Origin: Akkermansiaceae bacterium UBA5020
Lineage (GTDB): Bacteria > Verrucomicrobiota > Verrucomicrobiia > Verrucomicrobiales > DEV007
Assembly: GCA_002396885.1 (NCBI GenBank)
Contig: DGXY01000105.1
Coordinates: forward strand, 31,107 to 93,382
Reading direction: 5' to 3'
Length of the DNA: 62,276 nt
In this document: in pieces, positions 30,007-39,231 of the stretch
Layout: the number at the start of each line of letters is the position of its first letter
Position numbering within the stretch: the first letter of the stretch is position 1
Notes under the pieces: model-generated
Told to the model about the DNA's origin: nothing
The model's database searches: none
The model's input: the letters and a program-made list of their open reading frames with translations, nothing else
Position numbers and translations under genes: made by a program

Positions 30007-31089
30007 CTAATTGCGAATAATCGTGACTCTTGCCGGCTTGGAAACCACATCGTTGCCACCGGTGGCGCGAATCGTCACCTGGTTCGCACCGGGGCTCACG
30101 GGGATCCTGGCGGTCCAACGCGTTTTGCCTTTCGCTTTTTTGGCCTTGGCCTTGCCAACGCGGAAATCGACCCGCCGGATGCCGGAAGCGGACTTCGCCG
30201 TGCCCTTGATCGTGACCAAAGCCGCCGAGGTATTGATCACCTTCGGACCTTTCGCGCGGATCGTGACGGGAAGCTTCGGTGGAAAGGAAGTCGGGGCGAT
30301 GGTGAGGGCGCGGACCGTGGGATTTCCGCTGATCGCTCCGATGAGGGTCGCGGCACCGGTGGTGCGGTTGATCGTGTAGAGATTCGCGACACCCACGGTC
30401 GCGGCAAAGAGCATCGTGTTGCCGGCGACATCGAGCCCCGATCCGATCGAGAAACTGAGGCCGGTATCTCCCACCACCGCGAAGTTCCCGGTCGCGATGT
30501 TGGTCGCGCTGTGCAGGCTGTCGTTTGGCGCCTGTTCCATCAAAAAGAGCCTCGGGCTCTGGCCGAAGGAGGCAGTTTCGAAGGCGGAGCCGTTGGGGTT
30601 GGGAAAGTTGATCAGGTCGGTCTGCGTCACGAAGGTAAGCGTGTTCGGATCGAGTTCGTAGTTGTTGATGAAATTCATCAAGCGGAAGCGGTCATTCCCC
30701 GGGTTGTGTCCGAAAAACCATCCGTTGTCGCCACTTCCAGAGCCGTCGATCCCGGTCAGAACCGGTCCCACCGGCGTTGCCGCGGCACCGTCGGGATTGA
30801 TGACGAAAAGCCGTGTGTTCGCTCCATCGACTCCGAGCGCCCAGAGCGTCCCGACGCCGGGGTTGGCGGGAGAGATCGTTTGCACCGTTGTCCGGATGTC
30901 GATCCCGACGAGGTCGAAGCTACCCAGTCCCGTGATCGCGACTGGAGCCGTTGCCGCGCCGGGGCTTGCGGAATCCATCACCACGAGGGAGTTGTTTTGC
31001 GTGAGCAGGTAGACGGGAACCGCACCAGCGAACTGGGAACTGATCGAAAGAGCGGCAGCGGCGACGAGGAGGCGGGCGGTCGTAATCAT
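30007..31089 (-). CDS. secreted DUF4394-like protein with Lys-rich C-terminal region
   Basis: Signal peptide MITTARLLVAAAALSISSQFAGA. LYTINRTTGAATLIGAISG resembles the DUF4394 signature. The family assignment is from memory. Confidence 0.45.
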   Translation of the reverse strand: MITTARLLVAAAALSISSQFAGAVPVYLLTQNNSLVVMDSASPGAATAPVAITGLGSFDLVGIDIRTTVQTISPANPGVGTLWALGVDGANTRLFVINPDGAAATPVGPVLTGIDGSGSGDNGWFFGHNPGNDRFRLMNFINNYELDPNTLTFVTQTDLINFPNPNGSAFETASFGQSPRLFLMEQAPNDSLHSATNIATGNFAVVGDTGLSFSIGSGLDVAGNTMLFAATVGVANLYTINRTTGAATLIGAISGNPTVRALTIAPTSFPPKLPVTIRAKGPKVINTSAALVTIKGTAKSASGIRRVDFRVGKAKAKKAKGKTRWTARIPVSPGANQVTIRATGGNDVVSKPARVTIIRN

Positions 31090-31356
31090 TGTGAGTAGGT
31101 TGTCTAAGGAGGTCGACGAGTGGCAAGAAAAAAAATGTCACGGATTTATCAGAAGATTCCGAGAGTCCAGGATGCTGCTTGGCTCCATCTGGTTATTCGA
31201 AGGCGGCGGGAGGTCTTCGGCGCCTGATTACCTGTCCGCCCCACTGGTTCCATGACGGACGAGAAAGCGCTTCAACCGCCACTTGACGGCAGGGCCTTTC
31301 GTGTGGCATCAACTGTGGGAGGGTTCCGCTACCAGCGAAGCCCTTCTTTTGATCCC

Positions 31357-31548
31357 ATGAAACTCCTGTCGCTTCTTGTCCTCGTTGGTCTGCTTGCTTC
31401 GGTCCTGAGTTCCTGCACCCCTGCGCGCCGGGCCGGATGGGGCTACGGTTCCTATGGGGTCTACTCTTCGTCGGTCTACGAGGACCAGTCTGGCTACTGG
31501 GACGTTTACCAGTCGCGCAGCAAGACCCGGGTGAAGTACACCAACTGA
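31357..31548 (+). CDS. small putative lipoprotein (63 aa)
   Basis: MKLLSLLVLVGLLASVLSSCTP has a lipobox-like LSSC. Lower-GC surroundings. Confidence 0.4.
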   Translation: MKLLSLLVLVGLLASVLSSCTPARRAGWGYGSYGVYSSSVYEDQSGYWDVYQSRSKTRVKYTN

Positions 31549-31627
31549 CCTGCCGCCTCTCTTTCGGGCTCTCCCGCGTATGGCGCGATCTCGGTTTCTG
31601 AATCCCCTTGCACCCTTTTTAAGATGG

Positions 31628-31646
31628 GATTAAGTCTCATTATCGA
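31628..31646. promoter_or_regulatory. Fur-box-like site upstream of bfr
   Basis: GATTAAGTCTCATTATCGA, 60-78 nt upstream of the bfr ATG. Partial match to GATAATGATAATCATTATC. Confidence 0.3.
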
Positions 31647-31705
31647 CAATGGACGATTCCGAAAAGTCCTTGGAGTGAATGCTTGCTTCGTCCAAGCTGC
31701 CATGC

Positions 31706-32188
31706 ATGAAAGGTAATCAAGAAGTCATCAACGCCCTCAACGCCGGACTCACCATCGAGCTCACGGCCATCAACCAGTATTTTATCTGCGCCAAGATGTG
31801 CAAGAACTGGGGGCTCAACAAGCTGGCCGCCCACTTCTACGCCGAATCGATCGAGGAGATGAAACACGCCGAGGAGGTCATCGATCGCATCCTCTACCTC
31901 GAAGGCATCCCTGAGATCGCTCGCTACGACAAGATCCTCGTGGGCGACAGCCCGCAGCAGCAGATTCAGGACAGCCTCACGCTCGAGTCGAAGGGCGTCG
32001 CGACCTACAACGCGGGCGTCAAACTCTGTCTCGAAGTCGGCGATACCGGAAGCCGCGACCTCATGGAGCGGATGGTCGTCGAATCGGAAAACAGCATCGA
32101 CTGGGCCGAGACCCAGCTCGATCTCATTCAGCGCATCAGTCTCGAGCGCTACCTCGCCCAACACATCGGCGAGGCCGGGGGCGATTGA
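31706..32188 (+). CDS. bfr: bacterioferritin
   Basis: MKGNQEVINALNAGLTIELTAINQYF, with the ferroxidase-centre residue pattern of Bfr. ~160 aa. Confidence 0.9.
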   Translation: MKGNQEVINALNAGLTIELTAINQYFICAKMCKNWGLNKLAAHFYAESIEEMKHAEEVIDRILYLEGIPEIARYDKILVGDSPQQQIQDSLTLESKGVATYNAGVKLCLEVGDTGSRDLMERMVVESENSIDWAETQLDLIQRISLERYLAQHIGEAGGD

Positions 32189-32195
32189 TTTTTGC

Positions 32196-32498
32196 ATGAA
32201 CGCACCCGCCCCCATCGCAGCCGCGACCTGCCGTTTCGCCCTCGAAGGAGAAAGCGGCGGACCGCTCTGCCACTGCGCGGGAGTGAGCGAAGCATCGGTG
32301 CGCGGTGCGATCGATTTCCGCGGCGTCTCGACGATCGAGGAGGTGATGGAGACGACCGGTGCCGGCACTGGCTGCCGGGCTTGTCATTGCCGCATCCAGC
32401 GCGTTCTGAACGGTCTGCCGGCAAAATGCGGCGGGCGGTTCGACTGGTGCCATCGCTGCGGCTGCGTCAATGCCGTCTGCGGCTGCGAGGCGGCGTGA
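32196..32498 (+). CDS. bfd: bacterioferritin-associated ferredoxin (BFD-like [2Fe-2S]-binding protein) with Cys-rich tail
   Basis: CHCAGVSEASV ... GCRACHCRIQ matches the BFD-like 2Fe-2S domain. Extra C-terminal CHRCGCVNAVCGCEAA. Confidence 0.8.
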   Translation: MNAPAPIAAATCRFALEGESGGPLCHCAGVSEASVRGAIDFRGVSTIEEVMETTGAGTGCRACHCRIQRVLNGLPAKCGGRFDWCHRCGCVNAVCGCEAA

Positions 32499-32512
32499 GG
32501 TCGAGAGCGATT

Positions 32513-34204
32513 TCACTTTCCCGGCAGGGACCAGACCGGGTCGAAGGCGGCACCCGACCCTCTTGTGGCGTCTTTGAGCCGTTTCTGGAGGAGGAGGGCG
32601 GGTCCGTCACCAGGCGCACCGACGAGAAAGGCGGCGAGCGAAGCCTTGGCGGAAAGGAAGTCCTCACGTTCGAAGGCGGCGAGGGCTTCTTCATAAAGGC
32701 GCGAGAGTCGCGTCCAGTCCTCGTTGGTGCCGGGCACTTCGAGTTCGTGCAATTCGACGGGACCGTTGATGTTCTGCACCCGCACGCGGCAGAGGCGCCG
32801 GGTCGGATAACGGCCGCTGACGCGCGCGGCGGTCTCGCCGGTGATGAGGAGCGAGGTTTTGAAGTATTTCGTGGCTCCCTGGACGCGGCTCGCGAGATTC
32901 ACGGCGGTGCCGAGAGGGCCGTATTTGAATTTCCGGTGTGTCCCGACATTGCCGACGAGGGCGTCGCCGGAATTGATTCCGATGCCGACTTCGGTTTCGG
33001 CGCCGACGATCTCGCGCCATTTTTCGTTGAGGGCCTGGAGACTGCGGCGGATCTCGAGGGCGGCGCGGCAGGCGAGCTCGGCGTGGTCGGGCTGTTCGTT
33101 CGGGGCACCCCACATCGCGAGGAGTTCGTCGCCGGTGTAGTCGACGAGCACACCGCCGAGGTCGATGACGATGGAGGAAAACTCCCCCATCACCCCGCCG
33201 AGCCAGTCGATCGTGGTGGTGGGACCGAGGCGTTCGCTCACCGCCGAGAAACCGCGGATGTCGCAGAACATCACCGAGACTTCGGTGTGGCGTGCCTGCA
33301 TCTTCATCGGATCGGGGTTGCGGGCGAGCTCGCGCGCGAGTTCAGGGGTGAAGTGCTGCTCGAAGACTTTTTCGCGGAGGCGCTTTTTCTCAAGGCTGGC
33401 GCTGAGCCGGGCCATGAGCAGGGCCGGGCGGATCGGGCGGGAAAGAAAATCCTCGGCTCCGTGCTCGATGCAGCGCACCGCATCCTGCTCCTCCTGCAGG
33501 CCGGTCACGACGATGACGGGGGTGTTGCGCAATTGACCGGTCTCACGCAGTCGCGAGAGCACCGCGAAGCCATCCATCTCCGGCATGCGGATGTCGAGGA
33601 GGACGGCGTCGAAGTCCCCGTGCTCCATCTTCGAGATCGTCTCGACCCCGTTTTCGGCGAAGGTGAGGTGGAAGCCGCGCGGCTCGAGGAGACGCCGGAG
33701 GATCTCGCGGTTTTCCGCATCGTCGTCGGCGATGAGGAGGGTGCCGGCTTCGCCCGGCGCGAGGGTGGACGGGGGTTCCGGGATCTCCACGGCGGCAACC
33801 GGGTCTCCGCCGGAGAGGGACTGGAGGCAGCGGTCGAGGAGGGCGACGGCCTCTTCAAGGGGGCGTCCGAGGGATGCGGGGATGCCTCCGAGCCTGATCA
33901 ACTGGGCAAGTCCGAAGAGGTGATTGAGCCGGTTGCGGCCGTCGTGGCGGTAACGCCGCACCGACTCGCCCGGATCTTTCCGGTCGAGGGCGGCCACCTC
34001 GTCGCCGAGGAGGGCGACTTCGCGCGAGAATTTCTCGAGATCACGCGCCAAGGTCGGAGCCGTCGCCGCCTCGGGCGACTGCATCCGCGGGAGCAAGGCC
34101 GCGAGGGCCGCCGCCGCTTCGCCGAGCGAAGCAAGCCTGTCTGTCGATCCGTTAGAGTTCACGTTCTCCGAGTTTCGCCCTTTCCCCGAGGCGTGGCGAC
34201 CCAA
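32513..34204 (-). CDS. response regulator receiver fused to class III adenylate/guanylate cyclase, with an N-terminal HPt-like region
   Basis: REC domain (LLIADDDAENREI ... DAVLLDIRMPEMDG). Cyclase domain (VSVMFCDIRGFSAVSE ... YTGDELLAMWGAP). Confidence 0.85.
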   Translation of the reverse strand: MGRHASGKGRNSENVNSNGSTDRLASLGEAAAALAALLPRMQSPEAATAPTLARDLEKFSREVALLGDEVAALDRKDPGESVRRYRHDGRNRLNHLFGLAQLIRLGGIPASLGRPLEEAVALLDRCLQSLSGGDPVAAVEIPEPPSTLAPGEAGTLLIADDDAENREILRRLLEPRGFHLTFAENGVETISKMEHGDFDAVLLDIRMPEMDGFAVLSRLRETGQLRNTPVIVVTGLQEEQDAVRCIEHGAEDFLSRPIRPALLMARLSASLEKKRLREKVFEQHFTPELARELARNPDPMKMQARHTEVSVMFCDIRGFSAVSERLGPTTTIDWLGGVMGEFSSIVIDLGGVLVDYTGDELLAMWGAPNEQPDHAELACRAALEIRRSLQALNEKWREIVGAETEVGIGINSGDALVGNVGTHRKFKYGPLGTAVNLASRVQGATKYFKTSLLITGETAARVSGRYPTRRLCRVRVQNINGPVELHELEVPGTNEDWTRLSRLYEEALAAFEREDFLSAKASLAAFLVGAPGDGPALLLQKRLKDATRGSGAAFDPVWSLPGK

Positions 34205-34214
34205 AAAGCGTGCC

Positions 34215-34730
34215 TCATACGAGTTCGAGCCGCATCAGGTAGTCGTCCATCGCGTAACCGCCGCCGATCTCCCGGCAATCTTCGGCGAAGACAAGGAAGC
34301 CGTTTTTCCGGTAAAAGCCGATCGCGGCGGCATTGTGGCGGTTCACCCGCAGCTCGAGGCTCCGCGCGCCCGAGCCCGTGAGCCGTTCGTAGAGCCGGGC
34401 CATTGCGGCCGTTCCGACACCGCCCCGCTGCGATCCGGGCAGGAGGTAGAGCTTGTGCAGGGGACAGGCACCGTCGCGAGCGACCGGTCCGGCCGCGAGA
34501 AAACCGGTCCTTTCCCCCTCGATGAGGATCCAGAGGAGATCGATGCCGTCCTCCCGATCCTGGAGGAGCCGCGCGGGCGCATACATCCTTGAAAGCATGA
34601 ACTCGATCTGACCGGGCGGAAGGATCATCCCGTAGGCCGTCGGCCAGATCCGCGAGGCCATTTCCGCAACCGCCCCGACTTCCTCCGCGGCGACCTCGAT
34701 GAGCGTGACGTCGGGTTCCGGGGGGATCAT
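34215..34730 (-). CDS. GNAT family N-acetyltransferase
   Basis: RGGVGTAAMARLYE ... FYRKNGF acetyl-CoA-binding motifs. The ATG overlaps the fabF stop (ATGA). Confidence 0.75.
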   Translation of the reverse strand: MIPPEPDVTLIEVAAEEVGAVAEMASRIWPTAYGMILPPGQIEFMLSRMYAPARLLQDREDGIDLLWILIEGERTGFLAAGPVARDGACPLHKLYLLPGSQRGGVGTAAMARLYERLTGSGARSLELRVNRHNAAAIGFYRKNGFLVFAEDCREIGGGYAMDDYLMRLELV

Positions 34731-36016
34731 GCTTCGGGCTTCCACTTGCGCATCAACACCATGGAATTGTGGCCGCCGAACGCGAAGGCGGCGGAAAGGG
34801 CGATGTCGACCTCGGCGCGGCGGGCGGTGTGGGGAACGAAGTCGAGGTCGCACTCGGGATCGGGCGTGTCGAGATTGATCGTCGGGGGCAGGATGCCCTC
34901 GTGCATCGCCCGGATGCACCAGATCGCCTCGACCGCGCCGGCTGCACCGAGAAGGTGGCCCGTGACCGACTTCGTCGAAGAGACCGGCACGCGGTAGGCG
35001 GCCTCTCCGAGGGAGCGTTTCAGGGCGCGCACCTCCGAGACATCCCCGATACTCGTCGCGGTGGCGTGGGCGTTGATGTAGGAGAGTTGATCGGGCGCGA
35101 CGCCCGCCTTGGCGAGGGCGAGGCTGATGGCGCGCGAGGCCTGCACCGCCTCGCGGTCCGGATCGGTGAGATGCACCGCGTCCGAAGTCGCGGCGCAGGC
35201 GAGGATCTCCGCGAGCGGCGTGGCTCCGCGGGCGAGGGCCGATTCGAGATCCTCGAGCACGAGCACGCCTGATCCTTCACTCAAGACAAATCCATCGCGG
35301 TCCTTGTCGAAGGGGCGCGAGGCGCGGGTGGGGTCGTCGTTGCGGCGGGAAAGGGCGCGCAGTTGGCTAAAGCCGGTGAGGGCGAGATGCGTCACGGCGG
35401 CTTCGGCCCCGCCCGTGAGCATGGCTTTGGCATCGCCCCGTTGCACCGCGTAGAAGGCCTGAGCGATCGCGTCGTTCCCCGTCGAGCAGGCTGCGGCGAC
35501 GCCGAAAGTCATCCCGTGCGCTCCGGTCTGGATGCTGACTTGGACCGAGGCGGAGTCGGCGGTGATCATGGGGATCATCAGCGGATTGAGGCGTCCCGCC
35601 CCACGTTGGTCCATCACATGCTGGTTGTCCGTGTAGGTCTGGATCCCGCCGGCACCCGAGCCGATGATGACCCCGATGTCGTTGCTATTCGATTCGTCGA
35701 TGACTAGCCTCGCGTGTCGCAAGGCCTCCCGCGCGGCGGCGACGGCGAACTGGGAAAAACGGTCCGAGCGGCGCGCTTCCTTCGCGTCCATCACCGTGGT
35801 CGGGTCGAAACCCTTCACCTCGCCGGCGATGCGCACCGGCAGGTGGCCGACCGGCACGAGGGTCACCGGCCCGATCCCCGAGCGCCCTTCCACCACCGCC
35901 CGCCACGAGGTTTCCACATCGTGCCCGACGGGAGTGATCGCGCCCATGCCTGTCACTACGACGCGGCGTGGAGGGCGGTGATTCGAGGCAAAGGGAATCT
36001 GGCTCACGGGAAACAA
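34727..36016 (-). CDS. fabF: beta-ketoacyl-ACP synthase II
   Basis: VVVTGMGAITPVG, active-site Cys region (AAACSTGNDAI), C-terminal HATATSIGD and GHLLGAAG. Confidence 0.9.
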   Translation of the reverse strand: MFPVSQIPFASNHRPPRRVVVTGMGAITPVGHDVETSWRAVVEGRSGIGPVTLVPVGHLPVRIAGEVKGFDPTTVMDAKEARRSDRFSQFAVAAAREALRHARLVIDESNSNDIGVIIGSGAGGIQTYTDNQHVMDQRGAGRLNPLMIPMITADSASVQVSIQTGAHGMTFGVAAACSTGNDAIAQAFYAVQRGDAKAMLTGGAEAAVTHLALTGFSQLRALSRRNDDPTRASRPFDKDRDGFVLSEGSGVLVLEDLESALARGATPLAEILACAATSDAVHLTDPDREAVQASRAISLALAKAGVAPDQLSYINAHATATSIGDVSEVRALKRSLGEAAYRVPVSSTKSVTGHLLGAAGAVEAIWCIRAMHEGILPPTINLDTPDPECDLDFVPHTARRAEVDIALSAAFAFGGHNSMVLMRKWKPEA

Positions 36017-36100
36017 GCGGATGCGAGATCCATCAAAGCTCTCTCGCGGCCTGATTGCGAGGGAGAAATCAGGAAATATGGCCCTTTGCCCCCGCCGATT

Positions 36101-37993
36101 TCACGCTTCCGAAAACTGCAATTGATAGAGCCGGCGGTATTCCTCGCAACGGTCCAGGAGGACCTCGTGGGGAGCTTTGTCGAGAACGCGGCCATTGGCC
36201 ATCACCACGATCTCATCGGAATCGAGCACCGTCGAAAGCCGATGGGCGATTGCGATGACGGTCTTGCCGCGCGAGAGTTCGGCGAGGGCATCCTGGATCG
36301 CCTTTTCCGACTCCGAATCGAGGGCCGAGGTGGCCTCGTCGAGGAAAAGGATGGGGGCGCCGCGCAGGATCGCCCGGGCGATGGAGAGACGCTGCTGTTG
36401 GCCGCCCGAAAGGGTGCAGCCCTTGTCGCCGAGAATGGTCTCGTAGCCCTGCGGCTGGGCGAGGATGAAGTCGTGGGCGTGGGCGAGTTTGGCGGCGCGC
36501 TCGATCGCCTCGTCGCTCGCGCCGAGGTGGCCGTAGCGGAGGTTGTTCCGGATCGTGTCGTGGAAGAGAAAGGTATCCTGGCTGACGAGTCCGATGTTGT
36601 CGCGCAACGAGGTCTGGGTGTAGTCGCGGATGTCCTTTCCGTCGATGAGGATGGCCCCGCGCTCGACCTCGTAGAAACGGAGGATGAGGGAGAGAAGGGT
36701 CGACTTGCCCGAGCCGCTCTGGCCGACGAGGGCATATTTTTTCCCGGGCTCGAAATGGAGGGAGACGCCTGCGAGGGCGGCACTGTCGCCGGTGTAGGAG
36801 AAGGTCACGTCCTTCACCTCGATCTCACCGTGACAAGTCGTCAGGGCGGTGGCATCGGGCCGATCGCGCACATCCGGCACCGCGTCGATGTAGCCGAAGA
36901 CCTTTACCGCCGCGACATAGCATTTCTGCAACTGCACCTGCATGCGGCTGAGCATCTTCGCGTGGGGATAGATGCTCATCAGCCCGAGATTGATCGTCAG
37001 GAAGGTCTCGGGTTTGATCTGGGTGTACCAGGCGTAGACCATGCCGATGGCGATGCCGAGGGCACCGACGATTTCGACCATCGGGCTCGAGAGTTCCATC
37101 GCCTTCTTCCACCGCATGATGAACTTGTTGATCTGGCGGCTGCCCTCGTTGAAACGCTCGCGCTGATACTCCTCGCGCCCGTGGGCCTTGACGAGGCGGA
37201 TGCCGGAGAAACTCTCGTGCAGCGTCACCATGAGCCCCTCGGACTCCTGCTCCTCCTTGCCCCCGGCCTTGCGCACCTTCCGGCTGATGAGGGCGACCGG
37301 CACGATGCAGAGCGGAAAGACGAAGAGCGCCCCGAAAGTGTAGAGCGGGTCCATCATCGCGACCATGAAGATGATCGAGAGGATCGCGATGGGATGCTGG
37401 ATCAGCGCGCTGAGGAGTTGGCTCCCCGCGTCGGCGGTGGTGCGGGTCTGGTTCGCCACGGTCTGGATCAGTTCGCCCTGCTTCACGGTGTTGTAAAAGG
37501 AGAGCGACTGGCCCATCAGGCTCGTGAAGACCTCGTCGCGGAGACGGTAGAGGACCTTCAGGTTGATCCAGAGCATGCAATATTGATGCAGGAAATAGAA
37601 GGCCCCGCGGATCATCAGCAGCACCGGGATGCTGAGGCAGACGATCAGCACGAAGATCCATTCCTGGTCCGCCGGCAGATCCGGGGCGGGGAATTCGATC
37701 TGGGCGAGGGCGGGCAGGTGGAGATCCTCGAAGGGACGGTAGACCTTCTGGATTTCCTCCCCTTGCGAGGCTGGCAGAACAATGACAAAGACCGACTTCA
37801 GGACAAGGAGGAGGAAGCCGTTGAAGACCCCCGCGAGGATCCCGAAGAAAATCCCCCAGATGAAGCGCCCTTTGAGCGGCTTCACGTAGCCGAGGAGGCG
37901 GCCGAAGACGGCGCGGCGGTCCTCCACGAGATCGTCGGAGGAGGAGGTCGCGAGATCGAGCGCGCGCGGGGAAGGCGTGGGATCCTGGGCCAT
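36101..37993 (-). CDS. ABC transporter permease/ATP-binding protein (MsbA-like exporter)
   Basis: Six-TM domain plus NBD: GQSGSGKST, LSGGQQQRLSIARA, ILFLDEATSALD. Confidence 0.85.
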   Translation of the reverse strand: MAQDPTPSPRALDLATSSSDDLVEDRRAVFGRLLGYVKPLKGRFIWGIFFGILAGVFNGFLLLVLKSVFVIVLPASQGEEIQKVYRPFEDLHLPALAQIEFPAPDLPADQEWIFVLIVCLSIPVLLMIRGAFYFLHQYCMLWINLKVLYRLRDEVFTSLMGQSLSFYNTVKQGELIQTVANQTRTTADAGSQLLSALIQHPIAILSIIFMVAMMDPLYTFGALFVFPLCIVPVALISRKVRKAGGKEEQESEGLMVTLHESFSGIRLVKAHGREEYQRERFNEGSRQINKFIMRWKKAMELSSPMVEIVGALGIAIGMVYAWYTQIKPETFLTINLGLMSIYPHAKMLSRMQVQLQKCYVAAVKVFGYIDAVPDVRDRPDATALTTCHGEIEVKDVTFSYTGDSAALAGVSLHFEPGKKYALVGQSGSGKSTLLSLILRFYEVERGAILIDGKDIRDYTQTSLRDNIGLVSQDTFLFHDTIRNNLRYGHLGASDEAIERAAKLAHAHDFILAQPQGYETILGDKGCTLSGGQQQRLSIARAILRGAPILFLDEATSALDSESEKAIQDALAELSRGKTVIAIAHRLSTVLDSDEIVVMANGRVLDKAPHEVLLDRCEEYRRLYQLQFSEA

Positions 37994-38217
37994 CGGGGGA
38001 GGGGAGGGGATTGGTAAGGGAAAAAGCCCCCTCGCGCAAGGTCGGGAAACGTTCCTGGGGGCGGGAGCTTCCCGCCCCCAGCTCATACTCATACTCTTAT
38101 CTCATACTCATACTCCCGTCGGTCGGCCGCTCGGATTGAGTAGGAGTAGAAGATTGAGAGCGCCAGCACCATCGCGCCCTTGCCAGAGGAGCCGTGGAGG
38201 GTCCACACTAAAGGCCC

Positions 38218-39231
38218 ATGAATCTCCGAGCCGTCCGCCTTGCGAGCCTCTACGCCATGATGGCCGCGTCCATGGTTGGCGCGATCGCACAAGAGGGCGA
38301 ACTCCCGCCACTGCGGCGGAGTTTCGCCGAAGTGACGACATCGGTGCCACCCTTTCCGGAGGGAACCAGCGGGCCGGTCTTCGAACCCCGACCCGGTGAG
38401 ACGATCGCCTGGATCGGCGGCACCGAGATCATCGACCTCGATCTTTATGGATTTCTCGAGGCTGGGATGCAACTCGCTTGGCCCGGGCTCGGGCTCCGTT
38501 GGCGGAATCTCGCGTGGCAGGGCGACACCGTTTATCGTCAGGCGCGGCCGCTCTATTTCTACACGAAGGCGGGCGATCCACAGCCCGGCAGTATCCCCGA
38601 TCACCGCGAACGCACCGAACCGGGCATCGTCTTCATCGCCTTCGGCAAGATGGAGTCACTCGAGGGGGCGGAGCGGCTCCCCGATTTCGTGGCGGCGTAT
38701 GCGAAGCTCGTTGACGAACTCCTGCCGCTGACGAAACGCCTCGTCCTCGTCGAGCCGACGCCGTTTTTCCATTCCGGACCGGCGGCGAATCGGGCGGAAG
38801 AACGGAACATAGTGCTCTCCGCCTATGTCGCCGCGATCGAACGACTCGCGGCGGAGCGGAACCTCCTTTTCATCCGTTCCGACGCTGAATGGAATGCCGG
38901 GATGTCCGACAACGGCGTCCATCTCAACGAATCGGGGCACCTGAAGTTCGCACATGCCATCCGCGACCGGATCGGAGCGTCTGTGCGGCAGGGAGGGAAC
39001 GTGAGTCCGGCCCTGCGCGACGCCATCGCTCGGAAGAATCTCCTCTGGCAGCAATACTACCGCCCCACGAACTGGGCTTTCCTCTTTGGCGACCGCCAGC
39101 ACGTCCCCGCCTCGCGCGATGTCGAGAAACGCGAGGAACGCTGGTTCGTCCGCGAGATCGATGCGCTTCCCGCCCTCATCGCCGGGGCCGAAGCGGACAT
39201 CCAGCGCTACGTGCAGGAGGCAACGAAATGA
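38218..39231 (+). CDS. SGNH-hydrolase-like secreted protein
   Basis: N-terminal hydrophobic signal. C-terminal DNGVHLNESGH resembles SGNH block V. The stop overlaps the start of the next gene. Confidence 0.5.
   Translation: MNLRAVRLASLYAMMAASMVGAIAQEGELPPLRRSFAEVTTSVPPFPEGTSGPVFEPRPGETIAWIGGTEIIDLDLYGFLEAGMQLAWPGLGLRWRNLAWQGDTVYRQARPLYFYTKAGDPQPGSIPDHRERTEPGIVFIAFGKMESLEGAERLPDFVAAYAKLVDELLPLTKRLVLVEPTPFFHSGPAANRAEERNIVLSAYVAAIERLAAERNLLFIRSDAEWNAGMSDNGVHLNESGHLKFAHAIRDRIGASVRQGGNVSPALRDAIARKNLLWQQYYRPTNWAFLFGDRQHVPASRDVEKREERWFVREIDALPALIAGAEADIQRYVQEATK

Noticed and set aside
32192-34381. 729-aa plus-strand ORF overlapping bfd and antisense to the REC-cyclase gene
   Set aside because: GC-driven open frame. 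The real genes are the small bfd (32196-32498, in-frame N-terminal part only) and the minus-strand cyclase, which has clear REC and cyclase motifs.
35714-38017. 767-aa plus-strand ORF antisense to fabF and the MsbA-like gene
   Set aside because: No motifs, Gly/Arg/Asp-rich. fabF and the ABC exporter on the minus strand are unambiguous.
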